This document shows positions 21,060 through 33,582 of a stretch of DNA of 64,000 nt, piece after piece. The notes beneath the pieces were generated by a model that saw nothing but the letters and a program-made list of their open reading frames with translations, was not told where the DNA came from and did not search any database. The stretch's first letter is position 1. The number at the start of each line of letters is the position of its first letter. The DNA comes from Botryllus schlosseri (taxonomy: Eukaryota): assembly GCA_051294905.1 (NCBI GenBank), contig CM119371.1, forward strand, positions 2,420,001 through 2,484,000. The letters are read 5' to 3'. Position numbers and translations under genes: made by a program.

Positions 21060-22671
21060 CAGAGGTGGTCAGTAACGAAGTACTTCTACTTTTTCGAAGT
21101 ACTCAAGTAGTTTTCCTCTACTTCTGGTACTTACTCAAGTAGATCTGATTTTCGCTACTTCTACTTCTACTTCTTAATATTTGGTGATCTACTTACTTAC
21201 TTTTCGCTATTTTCAGTTTGTCAAGTAGAAGTAGTTCAATCTTCCTATCAGGAAGATAGCCTGAGGAATTTCGGAGCTGTTTTCACGGAGTATTAACATT
21301 TAATTTTCATAAAAGTTCAGTAAAGCACAGAATTTTCGTCGAAAGTACGTAGTATATTTTTGTCCTTGATGTTTTTTTTGCGGCATATACACCGACTCAT
21401 GATACACATTCACACGGTATGCGCATATGCATACCATGAGTGCATGATGTGCATATGCCGCTGGACAAGGAAGTGCAGATATAGCTTTCTAAGTCATGCA
21501 CCACCCCTCCATGCTATCCCAGTAATGCATGAGCGCCAAGCAAGGAAGCCATGGATACCAGTGTTACTAATCAGTTCTTTGGTCTGACCCGGCCGGGAAT
21601 CGAACCCACGACCTACCGATCAAGAAGCCGGACGCTTAACCATTACGCTATCTTGTCTATCTTGTCGGATACAAAGTGACCATGCAGTATGATTTCACGA
21701 AAGTATCGGTGAATATAATTTAGGTGGAAGGTTGGCGTGGTTCCGTTCACACCACATTGTCGCCCTTCGCCCATATGAAATAAATAATCAAAGTATATAT
21801 ATGACTCATCATAACGTTTGAAACTGATGTTTCGCAATCCAGCATTTTCTTGTCATATCGTAATCTAGCATATATCTCCATGGTGTGTTCTAATCTGGAA
21901 GAGTGGACTTTGACTTTCTTTTTTAGTTTTAGAGCTGTTTTAGCATACCACCTTTTAAACTTTCTGGACTAAAAACATGAAATATATGTTCTGCTTTTAG
22001 AAGTAGTATTTATATTTCACTTTCAATTCCCAGGATCATATACTTTGAGGTATAATTACTATCAGTTCTTTTGTACGGATAACATACATGTTGAAGTATA
22101 AAAGCAAGTGCAGTAATGCCTTTAATTTCTGGAAATAAAGCTACACCATATGGCATTTTTACGGTCCACCATATTTTTTATTAACGTTTACTAATAGCGC
22201 AAAGTGTTTAGACCGTATCCTATACAACTTCTCCGTATTGCTCTTCGACTAAACTACGGGCCTTATAATATGGGGGATGTCGCCATACCATGCTATTTTC
22301 TAATAGTGATGTTTCAGAAAACAGAGGATTAGAATCGCGTTTCCTTGTCAATACTATCATTTTCATCCCATGATGCGGACGAATGCTTATGCTATCGAAA
22401 ATTTGATACCTGTGGGTATGCATCAATATGAATCAAACTCGTCACCTATCACATAGCTCAATTTGCACCTTTTTATAATCCATCCAATCAGAATCGTTTT
22501 CACAACTACTTACTTACTTGAGTACTTTTAAAGTCAGTCAATTCTACTTCTACTTCAAGTAGTTTTAGGTTGCTTATGAAAGAAGTACTTCTACTTGTAC
22601 TTGAGTAGATTTTTTCGTCGCTACTCCTACTTCTACTTGAGTAGCTTTCTTGGCTACTTTGACCACCTCTG
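21060..22671. mobile_element. Non-autonomous hAT element with Tol2-like ends, 1,612 bp
   Basis: TIR CAGAGGTGGTC / GACCACCTCTG; perfect 8-bp TSD GAAGTAAC (21052-21059, 22672-22679); subterminal tacttctacttgagta repeats. Confidence 0.92.
21400..21657 (-). mobile_element. tRNA-derived SINE (family B), nested in the hAT element
   Basis: Minus-strand head GACAAGATAGCGTAATGGTTAAGCG...GGGTTCGATTCCC, followed by GGTCAGACCAAAGAAC...GGTATCCATGGCTTCCTTGCTTGGCGCTCATGCATTA. Confidence 0.85.
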
Positions 22672-23008
22672 GAAGTAACCACAGTGTTGGTATTTCATCA
22701 ATTGCTGCTGGTACTTGAAAATGCAATCTGAAGCTGTTCAAAATGCGAAAATCAGTTTATATGTTTTAAATGTTAACCATTCAATATCGCCAGATATCGT
22801 TATAAAAAGTAGTTTTAACAAGACTAAATCGAAACTGAGCAGTCAACGCAATGACTTCGACTCGGACTCGAGTCATAATATCATGACTTGGACTTGACCC
22901 TCTGCTCGCTGACTTGGACTCGGAATGACTCGATGGTGAATTAAAAATGACTCGACTTGACTCGAGTTGAAACTACAAAAGTAAGATTGACTTGTGACCC
23001 ATAGCCTG

Positions 23009-25050
23009 CACTGTAAAAAATCTTATAGATTTACTGGGAAATCTCTGTAAATTTTACCACGAATTACCGGTCGCAGCCAATTACTGTGCGTAGCTTGTCA
23101 TTTTACATTTTGAGATGTAATATTACCTTAATATAGCTGTAAAGTAAGTTACCAGAATTTCTTCGCAAAATTACTGACAGTTACTCGTTACTGCAATTTA
23201 CCGGGCTATTGGCAAAATTGATTAGCTTCAAAATCGCTGCAGCCAATGTATACGTAGAACTGAATGTTACTGATATATCATTCTAGAGGTGATTTGACTT
23301 GATTGAACCTCGTTTGCGAGACTGGGGTCTGTCATACCGAAATTGTTGGCCCTAGTATCAATTTAAGCTTAGTACGGCACAAGAAATAACTGACAATCGT
23401 AGCTAATGTGGTACACCGGAGCCATATTATATTATAAGGTAATGGCTGTACGGCCAGTCTCGCTGGTTACATTCGTTGTCACGGATAAGGCTGATAAGTT
23501 AGAAAATTAGTTCAGGATGTATAATATTGCTCGGGGAAACTAGAAATATCAGCACCGCATGCTCAGCTGACCATTTTTTAATAGCGGATGAGGCGACCTG
23601 TAATAGGTTACATTAGGTGACTGCTTTTTCTGAGATTCGTAGTAAACAACCAACGCACAACTGTGACATCACAAGCAGCGTCTGGTTAGGTAAGTACAGT
23701 AAGTAGTGAACAACACATGGAATATACATCAATTTATACGAAATTAGATGATAAAAGGGACTATATGCAATGATAAATGTTTCTGTATGGAAAAAACGAC
23801 CCATATCAAACATTATAACGTGGCCAGTAAATATTATTGGTGTCATGTGTCAGCGGATGAATACCATTTATTTCGAAATCGTTCGAGTGTCGTCTGGCCA
23901 GTGCCCTAGTGAGATTTGAGCAAAGGGTGGAGCGAAGCTTGTGCTTGAAGAAAGTGGACACGATCGTTGAAGATTCCTAGGAATGCTGAATGGAATACGC
24001 ATCTTAAAAGGTAATACAGTACTACATAGTATTTGCTACCGTGAATATCTGACTCTGCACACCAGCCCTCGATGACTTAGATTTCATGATTGATATATTT
24101 CATTCGCCGCATTCTCTGTTCTATTTTGGGATATTTGTCGACTCATATAGTGACCACATACTCCGCTGCGGAGGAGCTGAAACTGTTGGCTTGGTAATGT
24201 CATTTTCGGGCCATAGCATAGATATGTTTTCATCCACTGCTGGATTTGTTTGCCACACATGCCACCTTAAATTAGGAACCTTTTGCTTCAATACACAGAG
24301 ATAAGTTCACTCTGCTATGTCATGTGAAAGGCGGAGCCGTCATCACACAATGTGCCAGTACCGGTACTTCAAAACATGTTATATTTTTGTTAGCCTATTT
24401 GTCTTAGTCTTTATAATGTCATGTCCACTGTCCAGGTTAGGAACTTTGCTTTATATAGCGACTTACGCATGAATTCTTTTTAGTGGAACTGCAAGATACT
24501 ACTTACACAGAAGGAATGAGAACGAGAAAAGGAAACAATTGGAAGTTTGGCCGGTGGTGGAATTAATGCGCGTTTTCTTGAGACCACTCGTGTTACTGCA
24601 TGTCTCCTAAAGAAGAATTAGACCTCCAGCAGCAATATTTTTCCATCGATAACCACTTCATCGTGATATCATGAATGAATATACAGTTTGTTCCAATGTC
24701 GTTTTGGGGATGTGAAGAAAATGTTGCGATATTTTTGCATCGGGTTGCTTTGCGATAGGTATGGATGTACGTGAATTTACAAGCTGGTATGTAATCCTGA
24801 TTTACAGTGACAGCATGTAGGTAGGTAGGCGGTAAAATGACAGTCTTGATCGCAAATGTACAGGAGAACATGTAGATTAGATATGCCGGAGGTGACTGTA
24901 ACATTACAGTCTGGCGTGTAATGTGAGATTACTGGACGAGTGTAAGTTAAATTTACATTGACTAACGGTAATGTTAGATAACCACGAAATGTCTGGCTAC
25001 CGTGCTTCCAAACATTTCGCGGTAAATCGAGGTTTTTATTTTTTACAGTG
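23009..25050. mobile_element. Non-autonomous CACTG-ended (EnSpm/CACTA-like) element, ~2.04 kb
   Basis: TIR CACTGTAAAAAA / TTTTTTACAGTG; TG on both flanks (2-bp TSD); dense ttac/gtaa subterminal repeats at both ends. Confidence 0.75.
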
Positions 25051-25309
25051 TGTATGGTCGTCACTAAATGATTAAGAACTTCAACGTCACAAGATTTGAA
25101 AATAATACGCTGATGTTTTGGAATGACAGCAAGATCAGACTACAGCTTCAATGACTACATCTACTTACTCAACCTTGTAAATTGTGAATTTAACACTCAC
25201 ACACATACCTACGCACAATCCCGAAGCCTGTACAATACATAAACAGAGCACGTCAGCACCACAATACCGACAAGTTTGTGCTGAATATCGAATATTGGCT
25301 CTCACGCAC

Positions 25310-25422
25310 CTGGTCATAGGAGGTCGAGACACAAATTACTCTTGTCCTCCTTTTGATTCTTTAGTTTCTTCTGTTGAAGCACATTGATAGCTTTGAATCT
25401 CACTCCCGTTCATGATCTTGCC
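25310..25422 (-). pseudogene. RBM28: RBM28-like pseudo-exon (post-RRM3), copy B
   Basis: tttcag acceptor and gtgcgt donor; GKIMNGSEI / LQQKKLKNQKEDKSNLCL; paralogous to 16046-16145 including flanking introns. Confidence 0.75.
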
Positions 25423-26015
25423 CTGAAACAATACCCAAGCACACAGTTACAGCCAGATTTATACATACTACGAATCTAGTCAGTCGACGGTCATTAACTA
25501 CTCGTTATCCCGTAGTCCTAGTTCTAGTTACAATTTTTTTAATGCGAGTAGTTCTAGTTGCATTACGGAATAAGTTAGTTGCGAAACTATAAAACACGTG
25601 TCACCGTTCTGTGAATCGTGATATCGGTGTTCTATTGTGCGTTGTTCTTGCATTGCTAGCTAAGAGTCATCACTACTAACAGTGGTTAAGCCCGGTGGTG
25701 GGTTTTGATTCACGGAACCCCTTTCATCGCAAGCTCGATATCCTGGCCTTTTGTAATGCCGAATCTATCTCCAATATTTTTTAGGTTGTTTGTGATTCAG
25801 TAATTCGTATTATCCATTATTAGTCAGCTCTGATTTAGTTAGTAGGTTTCAAGTCATCAAAGATAGTTAGTTCTATAAAATATAGTCTAGTTGTGGTTGC
25901 GAATTTTGGAAAACGAGTACCGTACAGATTTTGCAAATCCAATAGTTAGTAAAGGTCTTGTTGCAGTGCCGTAACAGTGGATTGAAAGTACCACTTAGCA
26001 TGGACGCATATACAT

Positions 26016-26309
26016 TAGTGCGGAGCATGGACCGGAGCCGGGCCGGATTTTTTTTAATTTTGGTTGGACCGTATCGGAGCCGGATCAGTACTTCTTTGAT
26101 AAGGCCAGAATCTCTATGGATAAGCATGACGTTTGTAACTAAATAACTACCGAACAACACGCAAGTAACCGCCCAGCCAGTGCGAAAAGAAACGAGCTAT
26201 ATTTTTAAATTCATGGAACCACCGTACCGTGTTAGGTCGGATTTCCAGCCGGACTTTTTAATTTTTGGCCGGAGCCGGACCAGAGAATTTGTCGATCCGC
26301 TCCTCACTA
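26016..26309. mobile_element. 294-bp hAT MITE (TAGTG termini, CCGGA repeats)
   Basis: TAGTGCGGAGC / GCTCCTCACTA; perfect TSD ATATACAT (26008-26015, 26310-26317). Confidence 0.9.
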
Positions 26310-26319
26310 ATATACATAC

Positions 26320-26425
26320 GTTTCCTTGCCATTCAGCTCGCCGATACAATTTGCCGTTTCTTCCGGGGTCTTGGATTGGACGTACGCACATCTCTTGGAG
26401 TGGCTGATGGGCTATGGCAGAATTG
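26320..26425 (-). pseudogene. RBM28: RBM28-like pseudo-exon (RRM3 RNP1), copy B
   Basis: HSKRCAYVQSKTPEETANCIGELNGKET followed by a gtatgt donor; in-frame stop upstream. Confidence 0.8.
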
Positions 26426-26704
26426 CTGACGAACTAAACAATATATATTGAACATGTGACAGCGACGTATTCAAATGCACAAATACATGCAGAAAAACAC
26501 GAGTTATACAGCGTATAAGGAGTCTTCATTTTTTTCCAAATTCAACTGACTACATGATAAAGTTGTTAGTTTGGCTATAAAAACTCACTACACCAAACTT
26601 GGTTTAATACCAATCAGTAGCCGCGTTGCTACAAGAGATGAAAGATTTGGATATAGCCTAATATATAAAAATTAAATAATTTTTTTTCAATACTTTCTGA
26701 TCAC

Positions 26705-27287
26705 CAGGGTTGTAACCAAGTCACAAGGCTCCGAGTCACAAGTCAATTTCGCTTTTATAGTTTTGACTCGAGTCAAGTCGAGTCATTTCAATTCACCACC
26801 GAGTCAAGTCCGAGTCCAAGTCAGCGAGCAGAGTGCCGAGTCCGAGTCATGGAATTATGACTCGAGTCCTAGTCCAAGTCATTGTGTTGACTGCTCAGTT
26901 TCCAGTTGAAGTCTTGGTAAACCCACTTTTTATAGCTGTTTGGTGATATCGAATGGTTCGCATTTATAATATACCAATTTTCCTCACTTTCAGCAGTTTA
27001 TGGTCGCATTTTCAAGTACCAGTACCAACAGACGAAATCCCAATAGTGTGTTGGCTTCAGAATTACAATGAAATATCGGTCTTGGCCGTCTGAGTCTCGA
27101 GTCAATGACTTGGTTCGAGTCATGCGCAATGACTCGCGTCCAAGTCGAGTCAGTACACAGAATGACTCGAGTCGAGTCGAGTCATTTCCGTATTTTGAAT
27201 AAATGACTCGAGTCAAGTCGAGTCATCAGAAAATCGTGAGTCGAGTCGGACTCGAGTCGAGTCATGACTCGAGTCATTACAACTCTT
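26705..27287 (+). mobile_element. Full-length GACTCGAGTC-rich hAT MITE, 583 bp
   Basis: CAGGGTTGTAA / TTACAACTCTT; perfect TSD CTGATCAC (26697-26704, 27288-27295). Confidence 0.92.
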
Positions 27288-28508
27288 CTGATCACCACAT
27301 GAAATTTATAGTTTTTCGACAGAAACGCTGCCAAACAAATTTGGTCAATTCCAACCAATGGAAGCAGAGTTATGGCAGTCGAAAAATTAGGATATGAAAA
27401 AATTAATAACCTGCCCACCGTGAATACGACACCAATTATTCATATCCAAATTTCCGACTGCAATAACTCCGCTTCCACCGGTTAGAATTGAGCTAAATGT
27501 AGGATTGATGTTGAAACTTCTCAAAGCTTCAAAAGCGTGTTCGACTTTTCATGCTTGAAATTGATGAATGCGTATCAGAGCTATCTTCTAACTTCTAATA
27601 TTTACGCAGGGATTTATCAGATCTTGTATCACTCGAGATTCAGTGATAACTACACCGTGTCGATCTTTGTATTGGAACAGGAGAAGTTGCTGAAATAGGA
27701 TGGCATCATTTTATCAAAGAACTCATCGAGTAAACATGTTAGCCGATTCCAAAGAAGAGCAACACATTCGACTCCGCTATTTTGGACAGTGTTGTTCTGC
27801 TCCCTTTTGGTCAAATTAAGTGGAGACACTGCTTTGTTCAAGTTGACCGGAAATTTAATTGCTCCTTCATGGCTGTGCATTACTGTATTAGGACTGTTCA
27901 AGAATAAGCTTTTTTCTGGATTCCAGCCATTCGGTGAATAAATAGTCAGGTTACCCTAAAAAACGCTGCACAACAAATTTGGTTCAATCCTGACAAGTAT
28001 AAGGCTCCGCAGATCCAATTAAAATTTTCAATTTGCTAGGGAAGATATAAAAAAAACAATCAAGGATAATAATCAGAGAATTATCAACGAAAAACTCGAA
28101 TAACTCCTCTTCTACTAGTTGGAATTGACTGAAATTTGTTTTGCATCGTTTTTGAAGACAGCTCAACAATATCATGGGGTTGACAGTAAAAATTTGAATT
28201 TTTTTTTCAATTTGACCTAATAAATTAAATATTTGAATCAAATTTTGAAAAATTGTGTAGCTTTACCTGTGATTCTGATCTAATTTGAAAAAAAAACAGT
28301 CTAATTATAATTCTAAATGTAGTACAATTTGTACAAAAAAACTAGCTTTTAGCTATCATTTTCATTCCAATCAAATTTGAATTTGAAAATGATCTAGTTG
28401 TCCCAATCTGGCTGAGAAAACCCAGTTATCGTGTGAACCCCGGTTAGAAACCCCTGCTGCAAGTTAGCTTAATGAGAAAGTATGCTAACAGTTGTGGTTA
28501 TGACATAC

Positions 28509-28652
28509 TTTCAGCTTTTGACACTTCTAGTAAGATTGTCAGCACATAATCGAGTTGTACGTCTGCATTTTTCAGTTTGGCCCGATTTGCATTTTCAATC
28601 TTCACATGTTTCTTCCATTCTGCTGCGTTGAGGCCTTCAGGGGCTTGCGTTT
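28509..28652 (-). pseudogene. RBM28: RBM28-like pseudo-exon (linker and RRM4 start), copy C
   Basis: tgtgtag acceptor and gtatgt donor; TQAPEGLNAAEWKKHVKIENANRAKLKNAD / TTRLCADNLTRSV; paralogue of 7820-7973. Confidence 0.82.
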
Positions 28653-29609
28653 CTACACAGAAAAATCACAGGTGGTCATGCAGTCTGCATCGCACTTTTC
28701 TACAAGTGTTAATCGGAGATGGCTACCTAGCTTCACGCTGGGTTGTTATCACTCGATTTACCGGTGACTCAACTTGACTCGAGTAATTTTTTCAAATAAC
28801 TCTACTCGAATAAATTGATGTGTTGAATCAACTTGCCTCGAGCAAGTTCTTCAATAGACTTGACTTTAGGATTACCATATTCTGGAATCGGGAAAGGGGG
28901 ATACTTTTTCAAAATATTTATACTTGGAGAAGTCAAAATTATGTCAAAATTGTAGCGTTAGGCCAAAAATTGTCTAAATTGTTTACAAAGTAATAACTTT
29001 TTTGCAACCTGCGTTTCGTTCATTTTGTATATTTTGCAGTGTCTGTGAACTTGTCATTTGACATTTCACCGCTTGTAGCCTACTTTATAGGCCTGCAGTC
29101 GTAGACCGTCCATGGTCTGCTTATTGTGAATCGTAAACATTCAAATGAATCAAATAGGTCAACATGGTGCTCAACGTACCACAATATCCCAACTGAAGCT
29201 ACACTGCGTGGACATTGCAAGGTTCTTATATCAAGAAGTGTTGTGCTACTAAACATTTTAATTATCTCTACAATAACCCGTGGTGTAACTTCTGCAATTC
29301 TTCATAGGGCCAGATTTTCTTAAAATAAAGTTAGAAAAATTTTCAGTTATCGATGAAAAAAAGTTTTTTTCAGGCCATACTACTTCGTAAGGACAGACAG
29401 TTCCAACCGGAAATGAAGACAATTCTAACGTTATGTGAGAAAACACCTCATTTGTATACAATTTTTTTTTTAAATCGGTCAACAATGTCAAAATATTGAT
29501 TTTAAGGTCAAAATCGTTCATTTTTAGGTTAAAAATAAGCCTAGTCAAAACCATACAAGCACGTCATCATATTCTCCGTTGAGATTGCCAGCATTCTGAT
29601 TGCATTTGC

Positions 29610-29710
29610 ATTTTCCTTACCATTCAGTGAGTCGATACAATTTGAAACTTTGTCGAAGGTGAGGTCATGAATCGGACGAGAGCACATCGCTTGGACATGC
29701 CAATGGCGAT
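29610..29710 (-). pseudogene. RBM28: RBM28-like pseudo-exon (RRM3 RNP1), copy C
   Basis: ctattcag acceptor; IAIGMSKRCALVRFMTS / DKVSNCIDSLNGKEN; paralogue of 16707-16815. Confidence 0.7.
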
Positions 29711-31177
29711 CTGAATAGAAGATGTCGTAAATGTGACAGCAACGTATTGAATTAGAAACATATGAATGCAAGCTGGAAAATAATGTTCATGCATCTGAGA
29801 TCTTATGATAATACATACAACACACTTGATATCAAAAAGAAACCATCAAGTTTCGCATTAAATTCAAATTTCTGATATTTATTTATTTATTTGATATTTT
29901 TGGTATTTGGCATCGCCATGACCCAACATATCCACCACTGTTTCAATTAAATAGTGAAAATCGCCTAATAGTGTTATGGTCTTGTTCTACGTTCACTTTA
30001 GTTACAGCCAGGGCCGTAACAGCACTTCCTCAGGCCCCCCCAAAACTTTGGTCTTGGGCCCCCCACAGGGTCATAGACCAAAACTTCTGGGGGGCTTCGC
30101 CCCCCAGACCCCCCTCCACCGATACACGTTTATCGCTATTCATCGTCTTCATTGGGGGTTTGTTTAGTGTATCGTCTTTTGTCGCCTAAGCGCGCTAGGC
30201 GCGGAAAATTTCTAGAATTCATTATTTCATCGGGCGGTATGATCGGGAATTGCATATATTGTTATCACTTTTTATCTTCTCTCAGCTCACGTAATCAGAT
30301 TTGCCGGTAGAGCTGAGTGAGGTGTGTTTGAAAAGGTAGGACCACTCAATAATAATTAAACATCTTCGGGCGTATACCCGTTGGCAGGAAGGAAACAGCA
30401 CCTCGTCAGGCCCCAAAAAACGTGGGTCTTGGGCTCCCACAGGGTGATAAAACGAACCCCCATCACGTTGTTCGCGTTTGTCACGAAATTAGCTATGTAC
30501 TGTATTGTGAGCCAGCGCGAAGCGCGAAAATTTTCGATAATTTATGATAAAATCGGTCAATCAGATCGGCGATTGCATATATATTATGCTATCAATTTAT
30601 TGTCCTCTCTACTCACGTAATTAGATTTACCGGTAGAACGGAGTGAAGTGTCTTGAAAACGGGAGGGCCCGTAAATAATGATTAAACATCTTCGGGCGGG
30701 CGGACGCGTTGATATGACTTCGTTATGTGATGTTATTTCGTGACTTCCAGTCTGCTATATCAAAAAGTATAGAATTGTCCAAACGTAGACTTCTAAACAA
30801 GAGACGCACACGATTTCAAATTGGTATTTCTTCACTGGCATAAAATTTTTCCCAGCGGGATGGTATTTTGTCTTGTGAGGTTCAGATTGCAAAGACAGGA
30901 ACATTCGGCGCCAGTCATTTAGGAGCCTATGGTCAATTAAAGCTATACGTATTTGTATATATAACGATGTCTTCGGTCTGCATAAGGGCATAGACCAGTG
31001 CTTTTCAACCTTTTTGAGCTTCATTCGCACTTTTTTTGTAAAATAAATTTCATTCGCACAAACTAACCAAAAATTGTTATACAAAAAGAAGATGTAAATA
31101 CAACATTTATTTGCTAAGATGTGCAACAAATTGGCTACTATCTATCTTAAGTTATCAAGTGCGTCATTGTAAACACT

Positions 31178-31482
31178 CGTTTTGATCTCGACTATTTCAC
31201 TAAAACCCTTCTCGGCCAAACAGGTTGTTGGGTTTTGTACAAGAACGTCTATTAGTGCTTGAACGGCCATGTCTTAAAATCTGTTCTGCACTCCTATCCA
31301 AAATACAACACATTTTTCACGGGTGAAAAATGCTTGCTGGAAGAAATCGATTTTGAGAGCTGACAATAAAGTATAGGATGAGGCTCAAGTATGTCGAAAG
31401 GGTGAAAAACCCACTTTTTGTGTTGAGGCTTTTGCCTTATGTCTTGTAAAATAAGGTCCAAACGATCAAGGAGAGTAGGCAC
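31178..31482 (-). pseudogene. hAT transposase C-terminal (dimerisation domain) remnant
   Basis: KWVFHPF and ALIDVLVQNPTTCLAEKGFSEIVEIKT resemble the Buster/Charlie W.rnPF ... PTTYLCE.GFS....KT motifs. Confidence 0.7.
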
Positions 31483-31877
31483 ATTAGAACTCGCTACCTT
31501 ATGTTATAGCTCCAATTTTTTTTCGATTTCCCATTTTGTGTCTCGCGAGTATGTGGGAAGAGCAAATAAACTCACGATACTGTGTGTTCTGCTCTTTAGC
31601 TCAATCTAACTTGAGAATTCATAACAGTTTAATGACGGTAAACCAGCTTTTTAGACTATATACCACCAAATTCTGAGTTTTTGTGGCATCTCATGACCCG
31701 AGCCTCACCCATGAAAATGAATTCATTTTTAAAATTAGTGTAGTATGCTATGATTATACGGACATGCATGACATACAGAACGCGCACACCACAATTCTAT
31801 CCAACACAGCTCTAAAAATATATCTGACGCACGCGATTTCAAATTAGGGTGAATTAAATTCGTCTGTCGCAGATGTA

Positions 31878-32842
31878 GGGGGGATGTGGTACCGATGGAT
31901 CACTGGGACCGAAAATACTTGAAAAGTTATCCATGATAATTCTATGATTACACTCCGTGAATTTGTCTACAATTACATGTTGACAGAATCTTTCCTCAGA
32001 TGCAGAAAAATCGACCTGCGTGGGTTATGGGGTCTGTGACGAATGATTTACGTTTTAGGGGGTGTAAAGTAAATTTGGATCGACATTTGCATTTTTCTAT
32101 ATCACCTTTCAGACTAACAAACCCACCATAATTTTTTGATGTGAAGTATAGGGCTTGTATAAGGGTATATAATGGCACATACTTTTGGAATTATCAATAC
32201 CATCCACGAGTGGACTATTTTCAAGTCAATTACAATATTTATAGGGTGGGGGACCTATGGTACCATAGCCAAATCAAGCAAAATAGATAGACCAACTAAT
32301 CACTTAACAACAGAAACTCCCCTACATATATATAGGCTGTAAATCATAGTTACCTGTGGTGTTTTATCGCTATTACGGGGTATTGGAAAGTCAAAATGTC
32401 GATTTGCGGGTAATATGTATGTGGCCTTAATTTTGTAAGTTTAGGCGTAAATCAAAACATGATTTTATGCCAACATTTCAGTTGATATAATCTATTTTAT
32501 TCTTGAAGGTGGCGACGAAACATTCTTCATTGGCTTGCTGTAGCTTAGCTCATAGTACACAACAAAACAAGTTAACAAATTTGAGTTTTTGAGTGTATGT
32601 CTCATAGGTCCCATTGTCGTGTGCCTTTGGACCCACCGGGTGGGGACCGATGACACGTTCGAGCAACAAACTTTAAACGTTTATATATATTTTTCGAAAA
32701 GGCGGATATTCATGTAAATGTCCGCGATAGGTAGAGCTTGTATCGAAGTGTTGAGACAGCAAAAGATCTGCTATTCTCGGCTGAAGATTTGAGGGTCACA
32801 GATCATTTTGCAATTTTTGATCCATCGGTACCACATCTCCCC
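31878..32842 (+). mobile_element. TA-flanked MITE (Tc1/mariner-pogo type), ~965 bp
   Basis: 25-bp TIR GGGG(A/G)GATGTGGTACCGATGGATCA; TA on both flanks; second copy at 48083-49045. Confidence 0.88.
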
Positions 32843-33582
32843 TACTTGTCTACACAGTTTGCAAGAACGGGACTATTCCGTGCCGACAACGGAGCATATC
32901 CATATCGAATGGTCTCCAGCATCGGTCATTTTTTGACCACGATTTTCTCGAAGCTTGTGTTTTTTGACACCGCATTTTATCAGCCGTTTGTTGGCCAGAA
33001 CTTTACGTCTTCATGTGACCCGAAGCAGAAGGGGTTGGCCTCGAAATGAATGAGTCTCATAGACCTGAACTCGCTCGTTGCACATCCCTAGTTCCTACAG
33101 TAGTTCATCCCAACGGTCTTCGACCATGTTTTCCAAGAGAAAAAAAAAGAGTCGGACAAATCTTATCATGAATTCCCATGATAAAGTCATATTTTCTGCG
33201 TGTCTCGCTTATAGGCTACAGTAGGCCTACGTAACACCTTTTCTTAGATTTGTAAAAACCATCGTATCGCAGGGTTCAATAAATTCAACAAATATGACAT
33301 ACATATTAACAGATAGCTCTGGTACCGTGTCGACCCAAAATTATACCATTTGCGGTCCATACTTTAATAACCCTTGAATGGGGCAAAATTTGCGTTACAG
33401 TAACTTGCACATGGAAGTCTGTAATGATGGTATTTATACTACTAGCCTCGTGCCTCGCACTAATGAGACTAATCGAACAGGTATTACGGCAGTACGATGA
33501 TTGTTTAGCGAAAGCCAGCAGAATATCAATTTAACGTCATGTTCCAGTGTGTGCCAAGCTCAGACGGCCTGACTGTTTAGAG

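Noticed and set aside
21585..21657. tRNA gene (also 8730-8801)
   Set aside because: A and B boxes are present, but the acceptor stem pairs poorly and the head runs into a body shared with other dispersed copies; these are SINE heads.
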